Assembly: GCF_963921235.1 (NCBI RefSeq) | Contig: NC_086097.1 | Span: 249,366,001-249,430,000 of the forward strand | DNA: 64,000 nt | DNA from: Mobula hypostoma | Lineage: Eukaryota | Direction: 5' to 3' | Shown here: one piece after another, positions 26,498 to 39,214 of the stretch | Numbering within the stretch: the first letter of the stretch is position 1 | How the letters are laid out: each line of letters opens with the position of its first letter | Notes under the pieces: generated by a model | Seen by the model: the letters and a program-made list of their open reading frames with translations, nothing else | The model's database searches: none | What the model was told of the DNA's origin: nothing | Translations under genes and position numbers: made by a program

Positions 26498-29400
26498 CAG
26501 TGGCGTATCTAAGGTATGGCAGGTATGGCACGTGCCCTGGGCGCCACTTGAAGGGGAGCGCCACTGAGCAGTTTCTATTCAAGTCAGACAAGCCATCCTC
26601 GGATAGTGAAAAAAGAATTTTTTTCAGATGTATGATCTGTCTTTGATTATCATGGGCGAGAAGCACTAGGATGGCCTTATTTCAGAGCATTGTGTAAGAA
26701 GACCATGAAATGTTTCTTCACAAAGAAGGAGGAAGAAGGACGGAAGAGACGAAAGCTGGAGACGGAGGAAGCCAAGAAGTCGAGCAAGTTCTTCATGCCC
26801 TTCTTTGAAAAGCCCAGAACAAGTAGTTCGACATATTCCATGGAGTTGCCTGCACCTGCTACGTTTGTTAGAATCCGAAGGTGGATCAAGTACAAATGCG
26901 TCACAAGCCGAGGAAGAAGTCAAGTCAGATAAATCCGAGTATGATGAGATTAAGAGTGAGGCTGCCACAGAGAATGTGGACATGACAGGAAGAGAAGACG
27001 CTGGTGGTGGGGTGATGTTGAGTTTATTGACGAGATTTTAACTGATGACACTGAACCTAGTGAACCCGATGGTGTCGAAGAGCCTCAAATTGTCATATCA
27101 GAAGTGATTGAACAGCATGATATTGGACTTCTGAAGTTCGACAAGGACACTGGGAAAGCAATTCTGCCTGACGTGTTGAGAACAGAAATAATAAAGCTGG
27201 GTTCCAAGTATTTCCAGAACAGTGAGGGGCCTTTCCTACCAACAAATAACCGCTCAATGAACAAAACTTGGTTCAAGAGGAAATTGGAAAATGGTCGTGG
27301 TGAGGAAGTGACTTGCTCATGGCTGGTCTATTCCCCTTCTAAAAAGTCTGCATCTTGTATCTGTTGTCTTTTCCATATTCCCGGTCAGACCATCAATCCT
27401 CACTGGAACAGGAAAGTGTATCCAACCAGTGGAAAGCACCTGAAAGGATTAGTGTTCATGAAAATGCCAAGAATCATCAGGAATGCTTCACACAGTGGAA
27501 AAAACCGGAAAGAAATTTAGCTGGAAACGGAGGAGTTATTGACGCGGTATTTCAGTCACAGATTGAGAAGGAAAAGCAGACGTGGTGTGATATCTTGACG
27601 AGAATCCTTCACTGCATAAAGTTCCTTGTGACTCAGAACCTGGCTTTGCGAGGACACAGGGAGTCACTTCAGCTAGACGATGACTCCAATGTGCGAAATC
27701 TGCTTGACTTACTGAAACTACTGGCCATCTTTAACCCTGTCATAAAAGAACACCTCACTCATTTGGAAAGTCATCCTGGATCCACGGCTTATCTTTCATA
27801 GGGTGTCCAGAATGAAATCATCCACATGATGGCATCCATTGTTCGCCAGAGCTTACTGAGAAGCATTCGTAAAGCCAAGTACTATGGTCTCATGTTCGAC
27901 TCGACTCCTGATCAGGCACACCGTGAGTAGTGAGGTATGTGGAAGTTCATTTTGAGAGGAAAAGTCTGTTAGAGAGTCCTTCCTTGGTTTTATCCAGATT
28001 AGCCAGGAGGATGCTGAGAGCTTGGTTGAAGGCATCTTGAAACAGCTAGAGAAGGACGAAGTGGAGCTACAAGATTGTCGGTCACAGTGCTATGACAACG
28101 CTGCTGTGATGGCTGGACACAGAAGTGGTGTTCATCAAAGAATAAGTGAGAAAAACAACCTGGCAGTGTTTGTGATTTGCAACAATCACTCACTCAACTT
28201 GGTGGATGTACATGCAGCCAAGCAGGATACAATGATGGTCATGTTTTTTGGAACCATCGAAGCTCTCTACGTGTTTTTCTCTCATTCAACACAGCACTGG
28301 GAAAAACTCAAAAATGGCGTGCCTGTGGTTGTTAAGTCGGAGTCCGAAACCAGGTGGAGTGCAAGGACAGAAGCAGTGAAGCCCGTCAACAAGTACCTTG
28401 AGGAGATACTTCAAGTTCTCCAGGACAAGATAGACAATGAAAACGAGACCAGTGAAACAAGAAGTGATGCAAGGCAGCTGTACAACCGCATGTTGAGTTA
28501 AGATTTTCCGATTTTGCTAGGATTTTGGAACAAAGTACTCATTCGCATTGACCGTATTCAAAAGAGGCTGCAGGATCCTAGCATGAACTTCCACGATGCT
28601 GCCCTGGATTTGAAAGCTCTCCAAAATCATTTTTATGATGAAAGAGAAGTGTTGCTCAGTGAGTCACTCGAAGGAGTCAGTCTCTGTCAAGAATGGAATA
28701 CTGAAGTTGAAAGACGTCAGAGACGAAAGAAACGAATGGCTGATGAGAACTCGAGAGACGCTGGGTTAACAGCTAAGGAGGAAATGGAAAGAGTCATGAA
28801 GGGAACACTCGACCATCTTCACAGAGAAATGGATGAAAGTTTCGCTTGTTTGCACAACACTGACGCCAAGTTTGAGTTCCTTCTTGATGTCGAGGGACTG
28901 TGTTATGGTGCCAACAGTAACGACCTAAAGAAGAAGTGCGAAAATTTGGGTGAATTGTACAGCTCTGATGTTGATGGACAGCAGCTATATGAAGAAATTT
29001 TTGGATTGCAGAATGTTGCTGTCAAGGTGGGTCAACATGAAAATATCAAGACCTGAAGAGCTTCTTGACCTTATTGTTCAGTATGGAGATGAGAGCGTCT
29101 TCCCCAATTTTCACATTGCTATTCAGATAATGCTAACCATCGCAGTTTCCATCGCCAGCTGTGAGAGATCATTCAGCAAGTTAAAACTCATACTTTTGTA
29201 TTTGAGAGCCTCCATGGGTCAAGGCAAACTCTGTGATCTTGCTCTGCTGAGTGTAGAAAGAGAAGAAACTCAAAAAACTGACTTTAATCACATCATAGAC
29301 CAAATTGCATCAGTGAAAGCAAGGAAGGTGCAGTTATAATTTTCATGTAGTGCCATAATTTGTTAATTAAAAGATTAACGAGCTTGACTTGTATTTTTAA

Positions 29401-29505
29401 GCTGATATTATGGTAAAGTTCTCTAAAAGATGGGTGTCAGATGTTTGGACAGGGGCGCAATTTCAGTGCTTGCCATAGGCGCTATTTTCCGTAGGTATGC
29501 CCCTG
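26498..29505 (+). mobile_element. Full-length hAT-Tip100-type transposon with a disrupted ZMYM1-like transposase
   Basis: TIRs CAGTGGCGTATCTA / TAGGTATGCCCCTG; perfect 8-bp TSD CCCTTACA; motifs WLVYSPS, QNLALRGH, QCYDNAAVMAG, TRWSAR, SCERSFSKLKLI. Confidence 0.95.
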
Positions 29506-30681
29506 CCCTTACACAAAATTGTCCAATTTCAATCTTTTCCTGTAAACATGTCCGTCCACTTACCATCCTTCAGCAACCTAGTTTTAATGTAGGTCACAAC
29601 ATCAAGCCTACTGGCTGCATCATTTCAGAACAATTAAAAACGTGTTTCCTTTGTTCTAATTACTTCATCTTCAGCCTATTCTCACAGCAGTTAGTTAACA
29701 CCATTCATCCTCGCAACTAAGTCAGCTGATTTTGGAGGAAGGAACTTTAGCATAGTTTTGCGAGGTGCGAAAAGGTCATAATTAAACTCTAATTAAAGAG
29801 GAGACCAGAATGAGATTGTTATTTCAATTTAAAGACTAGATACTAAACATGTGTGTTTTTAACACCCAGCTAGCTCACCTGACCAGACAAAAAACTAAAC
29901 ACACAAGACCTTATGAGTTAAAATATTGTAGAACTCTTGGTCATACTTTGAACCTCATTATTTTTCTAATTAAAATCAATCTATTGAATATTGAAAGGCC
30001 TAGATAGAATGGACATGGAGAGGATGTTTCCTGTGGTACGGGAGTCTAGGACCAGAGGGTACAGCCTCAGAATAGAAGGACGTCCCTTTAGAGAAGGTGT
30101 TCCCAGACCCCTTGGCTAACGGTAAGGCTCCATGACATAAAGAAGGTTTGGAAGTCCTGCTTTAGAACAAAGATGAGAAGGAATTTCTTTAGCCAGAGGG
30201 TGGTGCATCTGTGGAATCTGTTGGCACAGTAGTCTGTGAAGGCCAAGTCACTGGGTTTCTTAAAGTAGCGGGTTCATAGGTTCTTGATTAGTCAGGGAGT
30301 GAAAGCTTATAGGAGAAGGCAGCCAAATGGTGTTGAGAAGGATTATAAATCAGCCATGATCAAATGGCAGAGCAGACTTGATGGGCCAAATGGCTTAATT
30401 CCGCTGCTACGTCTTATGTCTAAAATCCTATTTAGTCTTTTAAAAAAATGCACTGAGACAAAGATGTCTCCCGCCCTTCAGAGATTTGTTACTGAAACTA
30501 CACCATCGTTGTGCAGAAGCTGGTCTCAAATTCCACAGTATTCCAGATGTCTGGTTATTTATTAATTCATAGGGTCACAGACCTTTCCATCTGACTCCAA
30601 GATAAAAAAATTTTCAACTGATGAACTTGGGGGTTAAAAATTGAAGTCCACTGAAGACATTTTCTTCTACTGTATTTACCA

Positions 30682-30974
30682 CGTGGGCACGTGGCCAAGT
30701 GGTTAAGGCATTGGACTAGCGATCTGAAGGCGTGAGTTCGAGCCCCAGCCGAGGCAACGTGTTGTGTCCTTGAGCAAGGCACTTAACCACACAGTGCTCT
30801 GCGATGACACTGGTGCCAAGCTGTATCGGCCCTTGCCCTTCCCTTGGACAACACTGGTGTCATGGAGAGGGGAGACTTGCAGCATGGGTAACTGCCAGTT
30901 TTCCATACAACCTTGCCCAGGCCTGCGCCCTGGAGAGCAGATCCACGGTTTCGCAAGACTAACGGATGCCTTTA
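30682..30974 (+). mobile_element. tRNA-derived SINE (same family as 3986-4299)
   Basis: A box TGGCCAAGTGG, B box AGTTCGAGCC; ATTTACCA TSD. Confidence 0.9.
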
Positions 30975-31489
30975 ATTTACCAGTTTCCAGTTTAATTAAC
31001 TCAATTTTAATCCTATATTTTCAACTCTATTCACTTATGACATCAGTCAAATCAAACATCTAAATGAGGTGCATCTTGCTCATAATTTTGGGACTGATGC
31101 CAGACTTCCCAATTACTAGCTAGTAGCTCCCAACAAATTATCATTGACTTTGCTCAGTCAGAGGACTCGTACTAAAGAAAGTTCAAAGTTCAAGGTAAAT
31201 TTATTATCAAAGTTACATATACAACCCCGAGATTAATGTTTCTTTCGGGAACACTCAATAAATCCATTATAGAGTATTAACCATAATAGAATCAATGAAA
31301 GACCATCCCATTTTGATCAGGGCAGACCAGCACTGTGGCCTGCAGATAATAAGGGACATGGCGCAGGATTGAACTGAATACACCTCACGTCTTTTGAGAT
31401 GTCTCTGTGATTTGGTGTTTTGTATTCTGTGTTTTTTGGGTTTTTTGCTGTTTCTGCGATTTGTTCCTTTTTTTTGCATGTTAGGCGTT

Positions 31490-33580
31490 TGATGTTTTTA
31501 TATAACAAACCATATAACATATAACAATTACAGCATGGAAACAAGCCACCTCGGCTGTTCTAGTCCGTGCTGAACTCTTACTCTCACCTAGACCCACCAA
31601 CCTGCACTCAGCCCATAACCCTCCATTCCTTTCCTGTCCATATATCTGTCCAATTTAACTTTAAACGACAACATTGAACCTGCCTCAACCACTTCTGCTG
31701 GAAGCTCATTCCACACAGCTACCACTCTCTGAGTAAAGAAGTTCCCCCTCATGTTACCCCTAAACTTTTGCCCTTTAACTCTCAACTCATGTCCTCTTGT
31801 TTGAATCTCCCCCATTCTCAATGGAAAAAGCCTATCCACGTCAACTCTATCAATCCGCCTCAATTTTAAACACCTCTATCAAGTCCCCCCTCAACCTTTT
31901 ACGCTCCAAAGAATAAAGATCTAACTTGTTCAACCTTTCTCTGTAACTTAGGAGATGAAACCCAGGCAACATTTTAGTAAATCTCCTCTGTACTCTCTCT
32001 ATTTTGTTGACGTCTTTCCTATAATTTGGTGACCAGAACTGTACACAATATTCCAAATTTGGCCTTACCAATGTCTTATACAATTTCAACATTACATCCC
32101 AACTCCTATACTCATTGCTCTGATTAATAAAGGCCAGCAAACCAAAAGCTTTCTTCACCACCCTATCCACATGAGATTCCACCTTCAGGGAACTATACAC
32201 CATTATTCCTAGATCCCTCTGTTCTACTGCATTCTTCAATGCCCTACCATTTACAATGTATGTCTTATTTTGATTAGTCCTACCAAAATGTAGCACCTCA
32301 CATTTTTTCAGCATTAAACTCCATCTGCCATCTTTCAGCCCACTCTTCTAACTGGTCTAAATCTCTCTGCAAGTTTTGAAAACCTGCTTCACTATCCACA
32401 ACGCCACCTATCTTAGTATCATCTGCATACTTACTAATCCAATTTACCATCCCATCATCCAGATCATTAATATATATGACAAATAACATTGGACCCAGTA
32501 CAGATCCCTGAGGCACACCGCTACACAGCGTCCTCCTGATAAAGTTTAAGGGAATGGGGGATTTTCAGATCCCCGTAAACAATGAATTAAGTACTGACTA
32601 TGTCTGTGACTGCAGTGTGTTTGAATAATGTCTCACAGCTGCCTTCTTTGGAACAAGATGATTAAAGTTCACCCAGATCCACATCAGATGTCTTTGGGCT
32701 TTTCACACCTTTTGATTTTGATAAAAAGCAGTACCTGATGGAAATTAGACAGAACATTCCTTTCTTAATTAAAGCATAAATTTGACGGATGTTCTTATCT
32801 TTGTCATTAAGTTGTGGCTCCAGCAAACCAGGTAGGACATTCTTTTCTTTAATTAAGATGGCTGGAGTGTCTAACAAATTGATTGTTCTCTGTATCAATA
32901 GTCTATTGACTTGACCGGAATGGTTATCAAACTGATTGTTCTTTTGTATCGGTGGCCTTATAACTTCTGACAATTCTGACATTGAGCAGTGAACTTGTAG
33001 AACCGCCGGGGAGATGAGAAAGGGTCTCTCCATGATGTCGGGTCCAAGTTCACTCGCTGGCTGAGCTCGAAGAAATAAACGGGTGAAAAGATAAGTAACG
33101 ATCTTTTTGTGCTGTCGTTACTTGATCTAGCAAAGTTGCGCTTACACTCCAATCTGACACACAGTTATCCACCACTACTCTATTCTACACTAAATCTATT
33201 TTACTACTTCGATATTAACGCCTAATGTTTGAACCTTCCTAACTAACCTTCCGTGTGGAACCTTGTCAAAGGCCTTACTGAAGTCCATATAGACAACATC
33301 CACCGCTTTACCCTCCTCAACTTTCCTAGTAACCTCATCAAAAAATTCAGCAAGATTTGTCAAACATGACCTTCCACGCACAAATCCATGTTGACTGTTC
33401 CTAATCAGACCCTGTCTATCCAGATAGTTATATATACCACCTGTAAGAATACTTTCCATCAATTTACCCACCACTGACGTCAAACTCACAGGCCGATAAT
33501 TGTTAGGTTTACTCTTAGAACCCTTTTTAAACAATGAAACCATATCAGCAATACGCCAATCCTCCAGCACCATCCCCGTT
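31490..33580 (-). mobile_element. 5'-truncated CR1 LINE interrupted by a solo LTR
   Basis: NYRPVSLTS, QHGF, QGSVLGP, YADD, RPNLEYCVQFWSP. Confidence 0.9.
32537..33146 (+). mobile_element. Solo LTR (610 bp; ERV or Gypsy)
   Basis: TG...CA termini; exact 4-bp TSD CTCC; TATA-like TTATAA at about 32958; AATAAA at about 33074. Removing it restores the CR1 sequence. Confidence 0.85.
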
Positions 33581-35279
33581 TTCTTTAAAGGGGTTCCATA
33601 GTTTTCTTTGTTTTGTTACTGTTTGTGGGAAGATGAATCTCAGTGTTGTATAGTGCATATAACTTTGATAATCAATGTACTGTGAATCTTTAAACTTGGA
33701 CCAATGTGCAAAAGACACACTGTGCAAGTACTAAAAGAAAGAAATAATAATAAATAAGCAATAAGTATCAGAAACATGAGATGAAGGTTCTTTCAATGAA
33801 AAGAGAGAAAAGCACAATGTTTGTGTGCTTTGAAGAACAAGTTGAAGCAGATATGGGAATGTTATGGAAAAAAAAACTATTACAACATTAAAATAATCAT
33901 TAATTGAAATGAGAAAACTTACCAAATATGGGATTGAGCAACGTCTCTATAATTTGTGCATTACCTGGCAGTAAGCTACCTCAGAAGCAAAAAAATATTG
34001 TTTATTCTGACAGGAATTTTGCCATAAACACAAATTTCCAATTGCAAAAAAATTGAACATTTTGTAAAAATGACAGCGTACTCAGAATTGGAATTACAGT
34101 GTGATCCAATTTGACAAGCAATTCAGAAGGAGCTACCAGCATAATTAAGAGACAGGATTTAGTTTGTTCAAATGGACCAAATTTAACCACCTCCAAATAA
34201 ATGTCTGGCTTGTAGTTTGCAGTCTGCATTTAGCTATTATGACAGCTGCATTAATACAGTTGATGTCAGTGGTGGAAATTTCATCTCCAAAGGAAGTGTT
34301 TGGTTCTGTCAAAAACTAGTATTTCAAGGACTGTTCCCCCTAAGCTGCGTGGCCACACAGTAACTGAAATGCTCCCACGTACATAGCCTTTGTTGCTGTG
34401 TAACTGGAATTGGATGCAGCTAGAAAAAGTTTTCAAAATGTTCAAGCTTTTCTTTGTTGTACTGTATTTCATCAATTAATAAAAATGTACGTGATTTTTC
34501 AATTTCATAGCATGCATATTACAGAAAAAATTAAAGTGCTGCGCAGCTGTGAAAAGAACTGGAGGGAATATTAATCAAAAGCTGAAATGCAAAGTTAGCC
34601 GGATTATTTCTGACACTCAGGTACTTCACCAAGCACAGGCAACATAAGGTGCATAAAAAGGTGCCTGTATTATTTCTTGGTTCTGAAAATGCTTGTCTAA
34701 CTTCGAATTTGGACTCCCAACAATGTGTCCAGTATATTCCAATCTTCATGAATAAAGGAATGAAAAAAAACTAAGTTTGCTGAATCTACCTGAATAATAT
34801 GGAAAACTTCAAAGGGAGCAGTATCTGAATAAAAAAAAGTGGGAAAATTATAAACTACAGACTGTACAGTACAGGAAAGCTTACTCCAGTACTACACATC
34901 TTGATAAAAATAATAGGGAACATGCCTATGAGATCCTACCTGGACTGAGAAACGTGAGGAGAGGAGGTTATATGGTCCCTCAGACCTTTCCTATTATTCT
35001 ATAAGGCCCAGACTGCGCTGATCTTGGTCTCAATTTCACTTGGGAGGTAGGTGTTCTAAAGAAACTATCATTGTTCTAAACTTTATTTTTAAATATATAC
35101 AAGAGCAGACTAAGAAGAACGTTATTCCTCTAAAGATTCAGTTCTGTTGTTAAGGTAAATCAGATTTGTCTGCTGTGGGGTTGTTGTATTCAGCTGTAAT
35201 GAAAGCACAAATAAATCAAAGATTTTCTTTTACAAGTAGTTATTAATATCTTTAACGTTTTAGGTGTCATGCAATTCCA

Positions 35280-35870
35280 GCATAGCACTTAAAATGTTAA
35301 CAAACTTCTACAGATGTGCAGTGGAGAGTATATTGACTGGCTGAAGAACATACTACAAAATGTAGTGGATATGGCCCAGCCCATCCTGCCAACCATTGAG
35401 GGCATCTACATGTAACACTGCCACAGGAAAGCAGCATCCGTCATTAGGGACCCTCATTACTCTGCTCACTGCTGCCATCAGGAAAGTGGCACAGGACCCT
35501 CAGGACTTGCATAACCGTGTTCAGGAAAAGTCACTACCTATCAAGCTCTTGAAGCAAAGGAGATAACTTCACTTACTTCACATGCTCCCTCACTGAAATG
35601 TTTCCACAACCAATGGGCGCACTTTCAAGTACTCTTCATCTCATGTTCTTGATATTTATTGTTTATTTAATTATATTAATGTTTCTTCTTTTTGCATTTG
35701 CACAGTTTGTTGTCTTCTGACTCTGGTTGAATGCCCTGGTTGGTTAGTCTTTCATTGATTCTGTTAATAGTTATTATTCTATAGATCTGTTGAGTATACC
35801 CACAAGAAAATGGATCTCTGGGATGTATATGATAACATAAATGTATTTGATAAAAAATTTACTTTCAACT
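35280..35870 (+). mobile_element. Rex1-type LINE 3' fragment
   Basis: ESILTG-like and LLPSG-like remnants; similar to 48415-48885. Confidence 0.6.
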
Positions 35871-36060
35871 TATAGTTTTGAAACTTAAGGTTGTTTTTAA
35901 AACATCATTCCTGTGTGTACAGTGAAGATGCATCCAAACATTTTAACTGAATTTTGACTATGTAATCAATGATCAAGACAACCCAATCCAGCAACTGCAA
36001 CATACACTCATCTTTGCACAATTACACAAGGGAATGATTAAAACAGCAAAAATTTATTAC

Positions 36061-36272
36061 CGCAAGTGTACTATCTCCCACATTGGAAGCTATAAGGCCA
36101 TCAATTGCTCCATTTTCGGCATCATGAGCATGTAGCCGCTCCATCCTATTGCGGTGAATTTTCCGACAAATCAGGACAGCAACAAGCGACAAAACGATCA
36201 GCACTATGACTGTACTAACAGCAAAAATGATCAGCGTCTCTGCACTGTACTCAATTGGCTCTCCTTCTGGTG
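36061..36272 (-). CDS. acvr1l: Activin receptor type-1(-like), coding exon 3 (transmembrane/juxtamembrane)
   Basis: PEGEPIEYSAETLIIFAVSTVIVLIVLSLVAVLICRK...GAIDGLIASNVGDSTLA. Splice sites tttcag| and |gtaata; 212 nt, phase 1-0. Confidence 0.95.
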
Positions 36273-36409
36273 CTGAAATGAAACAAATAAATCCAACTCA
36301 TTGTCCATTTACAAATAGCTTTAAGGTTTATTTTAACAACTTTCCTGCTTATTAAAAACACACACATATGTACCAAATTGATATTAACAAAACTATAAAA
36401 TGACTCTCA

Positions 36410-38580
36410 AAGGCCACTTAATTAGGTACACATATACACCTGCTTGTTAATACAAATATTGAAACAGCCAGTCATGTGGACAGCAACTCAATGCATAAAA
36501 GCATGCAGACATGGTCAAAAGGTTCAGTTGTTCAGACCAAACATCAGAATGGGGAAGAAATGTGATCTAAGTGACATGCGATGGAGTAATTGTTGGTGCT
36601 AGACGGGATGGTTTGAGTATTTCAGAAACTGCTGATCTCCTGGGATTTTCAGGCACAACTGTCTCTAGAGTTTACAGAGAATACTGAGATAAACAAGAAA
36701 CATCCAGAGAGCAGCAGTTCTGTGGGTGAAAATGCCTTGTTAATGAGAGGTCAGAGGAGAATGGCCAGACTGGCTCAAACTGACAGGAAGGTGAAACTAA
36801 CTCAAATAACAACACATTACAAGGATGATTCTGGGAATGAAAGGGTTATCATATGAGGATCGTTTGATGGCTCTGGATCTGCACTCACTGGAATTTATAA
36901 GGATGAAGGGGCATCTCATTGAAACCTTTTGAACGTTGAAAAGCCTAGACAGAGAATATGTGTAAGATATTCCCCATGGTGGGAGAGTCTAGGACAAGAG
37001 GGCACAGCCTCAGGATAGAGGGGCATCCATTTAAAAAGGAGATGCGGAGAAGTTTCTTTAGTCAAAGGGTGGTGTAGTTACACCCAAGGTACAGGTAGTT
37101 AGGTGCTAAGTTAAGGACAAGACCTTCAGGGTTGTGATCTCAGGATTGCTACCCATCCCACGTGCTAGTGAGACCAGAACTAGAAAGATTACACAGTTTA
37201 ATATGTGGCTAAAGAGTTGCTGTAGGAGGGTGGGCATAAGACTTTTGGATCATTGGGTTCCCTTCCAGGGAAGGTGCAACCTGTACAGAAAGGATGGTTT
37301 GCACCTGAACTGGAGGGGGACTAATATCCTAGCGGGAAGACTTGTTAACGCTGCATGATGGGGTTTACACTAGAGTTGTAGAGGGATTGGAACCAGAATG
37401 CTAGAATAGTTGCTGGAGATGTGGATTATGAATCAAAAGTTTGAGCGTGGTACGATTAGTGTTCTGAGCTGCCTATATTTCAATGCAAAAAGTATGATAG
37501 GAAAGGCAGATAATAGTGCTGAAGATGAGGTAGCTGGTCTACAAACAGAGGCAATGTGTAGTGAGGAGAGGCTGTTGATAGAGCAAAATTGCAGTGAAAA
37601 GGATGAGCTCCAACGTAAAAGGCGAACAAAATTGAAAAAGATGAATGCAGGACTGAAGGTGTTATATATGAATGCGCGCAGTATATGGTCTAAGGTAGAT
37701 GAACTTGCAGCACAGTTGCAGGCATCACTGAATCATGGCTGAAAGAAAATTATAGCTGGGAGCGTAATGTCCAAGGATACACATTGTACTGAAAGAAAAG
37801 GCTGGAAGGCAGAGGGGGCAGTGTTGTTCAATTTAAAAAAAAGGAATCAAATCATTAGAAAGAGGTGACACAGGGTTGGAAGGTGTTGAATCATTGTGGA
37901 TAGAGCTAGAAACTGCAAGGGTAAAAAGACCCTGATGGGAATTGTATACAGACCCCAAACAGTAGTAAGGATGTTGTCTACAAATTAGATAGAAAATGCA
38001 TGCCAAAAGAGCAATGCCAGAACAGTCAAGGGGGATTTCAAAAAAAGAACATAAGAAATAGGAGCAGGAGTTGGACACCTGGCCCACTGAGGCTGCTCCG
38101 CCATTCAATAAGATCATGGCTGATCTGACCATGGACTCATCTCCATCTACCGGCCTTTTCTCCATAACCCTTATTTCCCCTACTATGCAAAAATCTATCA
38201 AACTTTTGTCTTAAATATGTTTACTGAGGTAGCCTCCACTGTTCATTGGGGAGAGAATTCTACAGATTCACCACTCTTTGGGAAAAACAGTTCCTCATCT
38301 CTGTCCTAAATTTACTCCCCGGAATCTTGTTCCTTAGTTCTAGTCTCACCTACCAGTGGAAACAACTTTCCTGCCCCTATCTTATCTATCCTTTTCATAA
38401 TTTTATGTGTTTCTATAAGATCTCCTCTCATCCTTCTGAATTCCAGCGAGTACAACCCGAGGCAACTCAATCTCTCCTCACAGTCTAATGGAATCAACCC
38501 GGTGAACACCCTCAGCACCACCTCCAAAGTCAGTATATCCTTCCTCAAGTAAGGAGACCAGAACTGCACACAGTACTCCA
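36410..38580. mobile_element. Tc1 remnant followed by CR1 fragments in both orientations
   Basis: ggccacttaattaggtac TIR; esterase motif DGLHLN; YFNAKS and YMNARS; minus-strand LEYCVQFWSPYL. Confidence 0.7.
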
Positions 38581-39214
38581 GATGCTTCAGAATCAGATTT
38601 ATTGTCACTGACATACAGTATGTCAGGAAGATTGTTATTTGCAGCAGTACATTGCAATACATAACAATTCACTCCAAGGTACAATATGCAATATAGAGTA
38701 TAATTAACATAAGATGAGCTGGAAATCCAGAGCAACACACAAGAAATACTAGATGAACTTAGTAGGTCAGACAACATCTATGCAGAGGAATAAAGAACCA
38801 ATGCTTTGGACTGTGAACCTTCATTGGGCCTGATCTGGCAAAATTACCGCCAGATACATGCAAACTTTGAGTCGGTGCTGACGAAAAACTGGCCAACTGG
38901 AAATTCCAGACTGCAAATAACATACACTGCCTTCAACAGTGCTGGATATTTCCAGTGGAACTGGGGTACCATTGCCCACATTCCTTTCTCTACAGTGTCT
39001 TCCAATTACCTTTTTAGGTTTACTTCAGATCGCCATCATCTTACGGAAATTGTTCTTGGATACTGGGGTATACCAAAAAGTGCTTTCATGATCATTTTAA
39101 GCCCAGCAACAGACAAACATTCCCAGCATTCTGTATAGTTAAGCAGCGATTTAAATTTATAAGTCCACTTATGGTGTACAGCACCTCAGTTACAGCACTG
39201 TGCAAAAGACTTCA

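Noticed and set aside
27104..29339. ZMYM1-like host gene
   Set aside because: Lies within TIRs and a TSD and has multiple stops and frameshifts; it is a transposase relic.
32662..33152. ORFs of 123 and 64 aa
   Set aside because: Antisense within the solo LTR; no recognisable motif.
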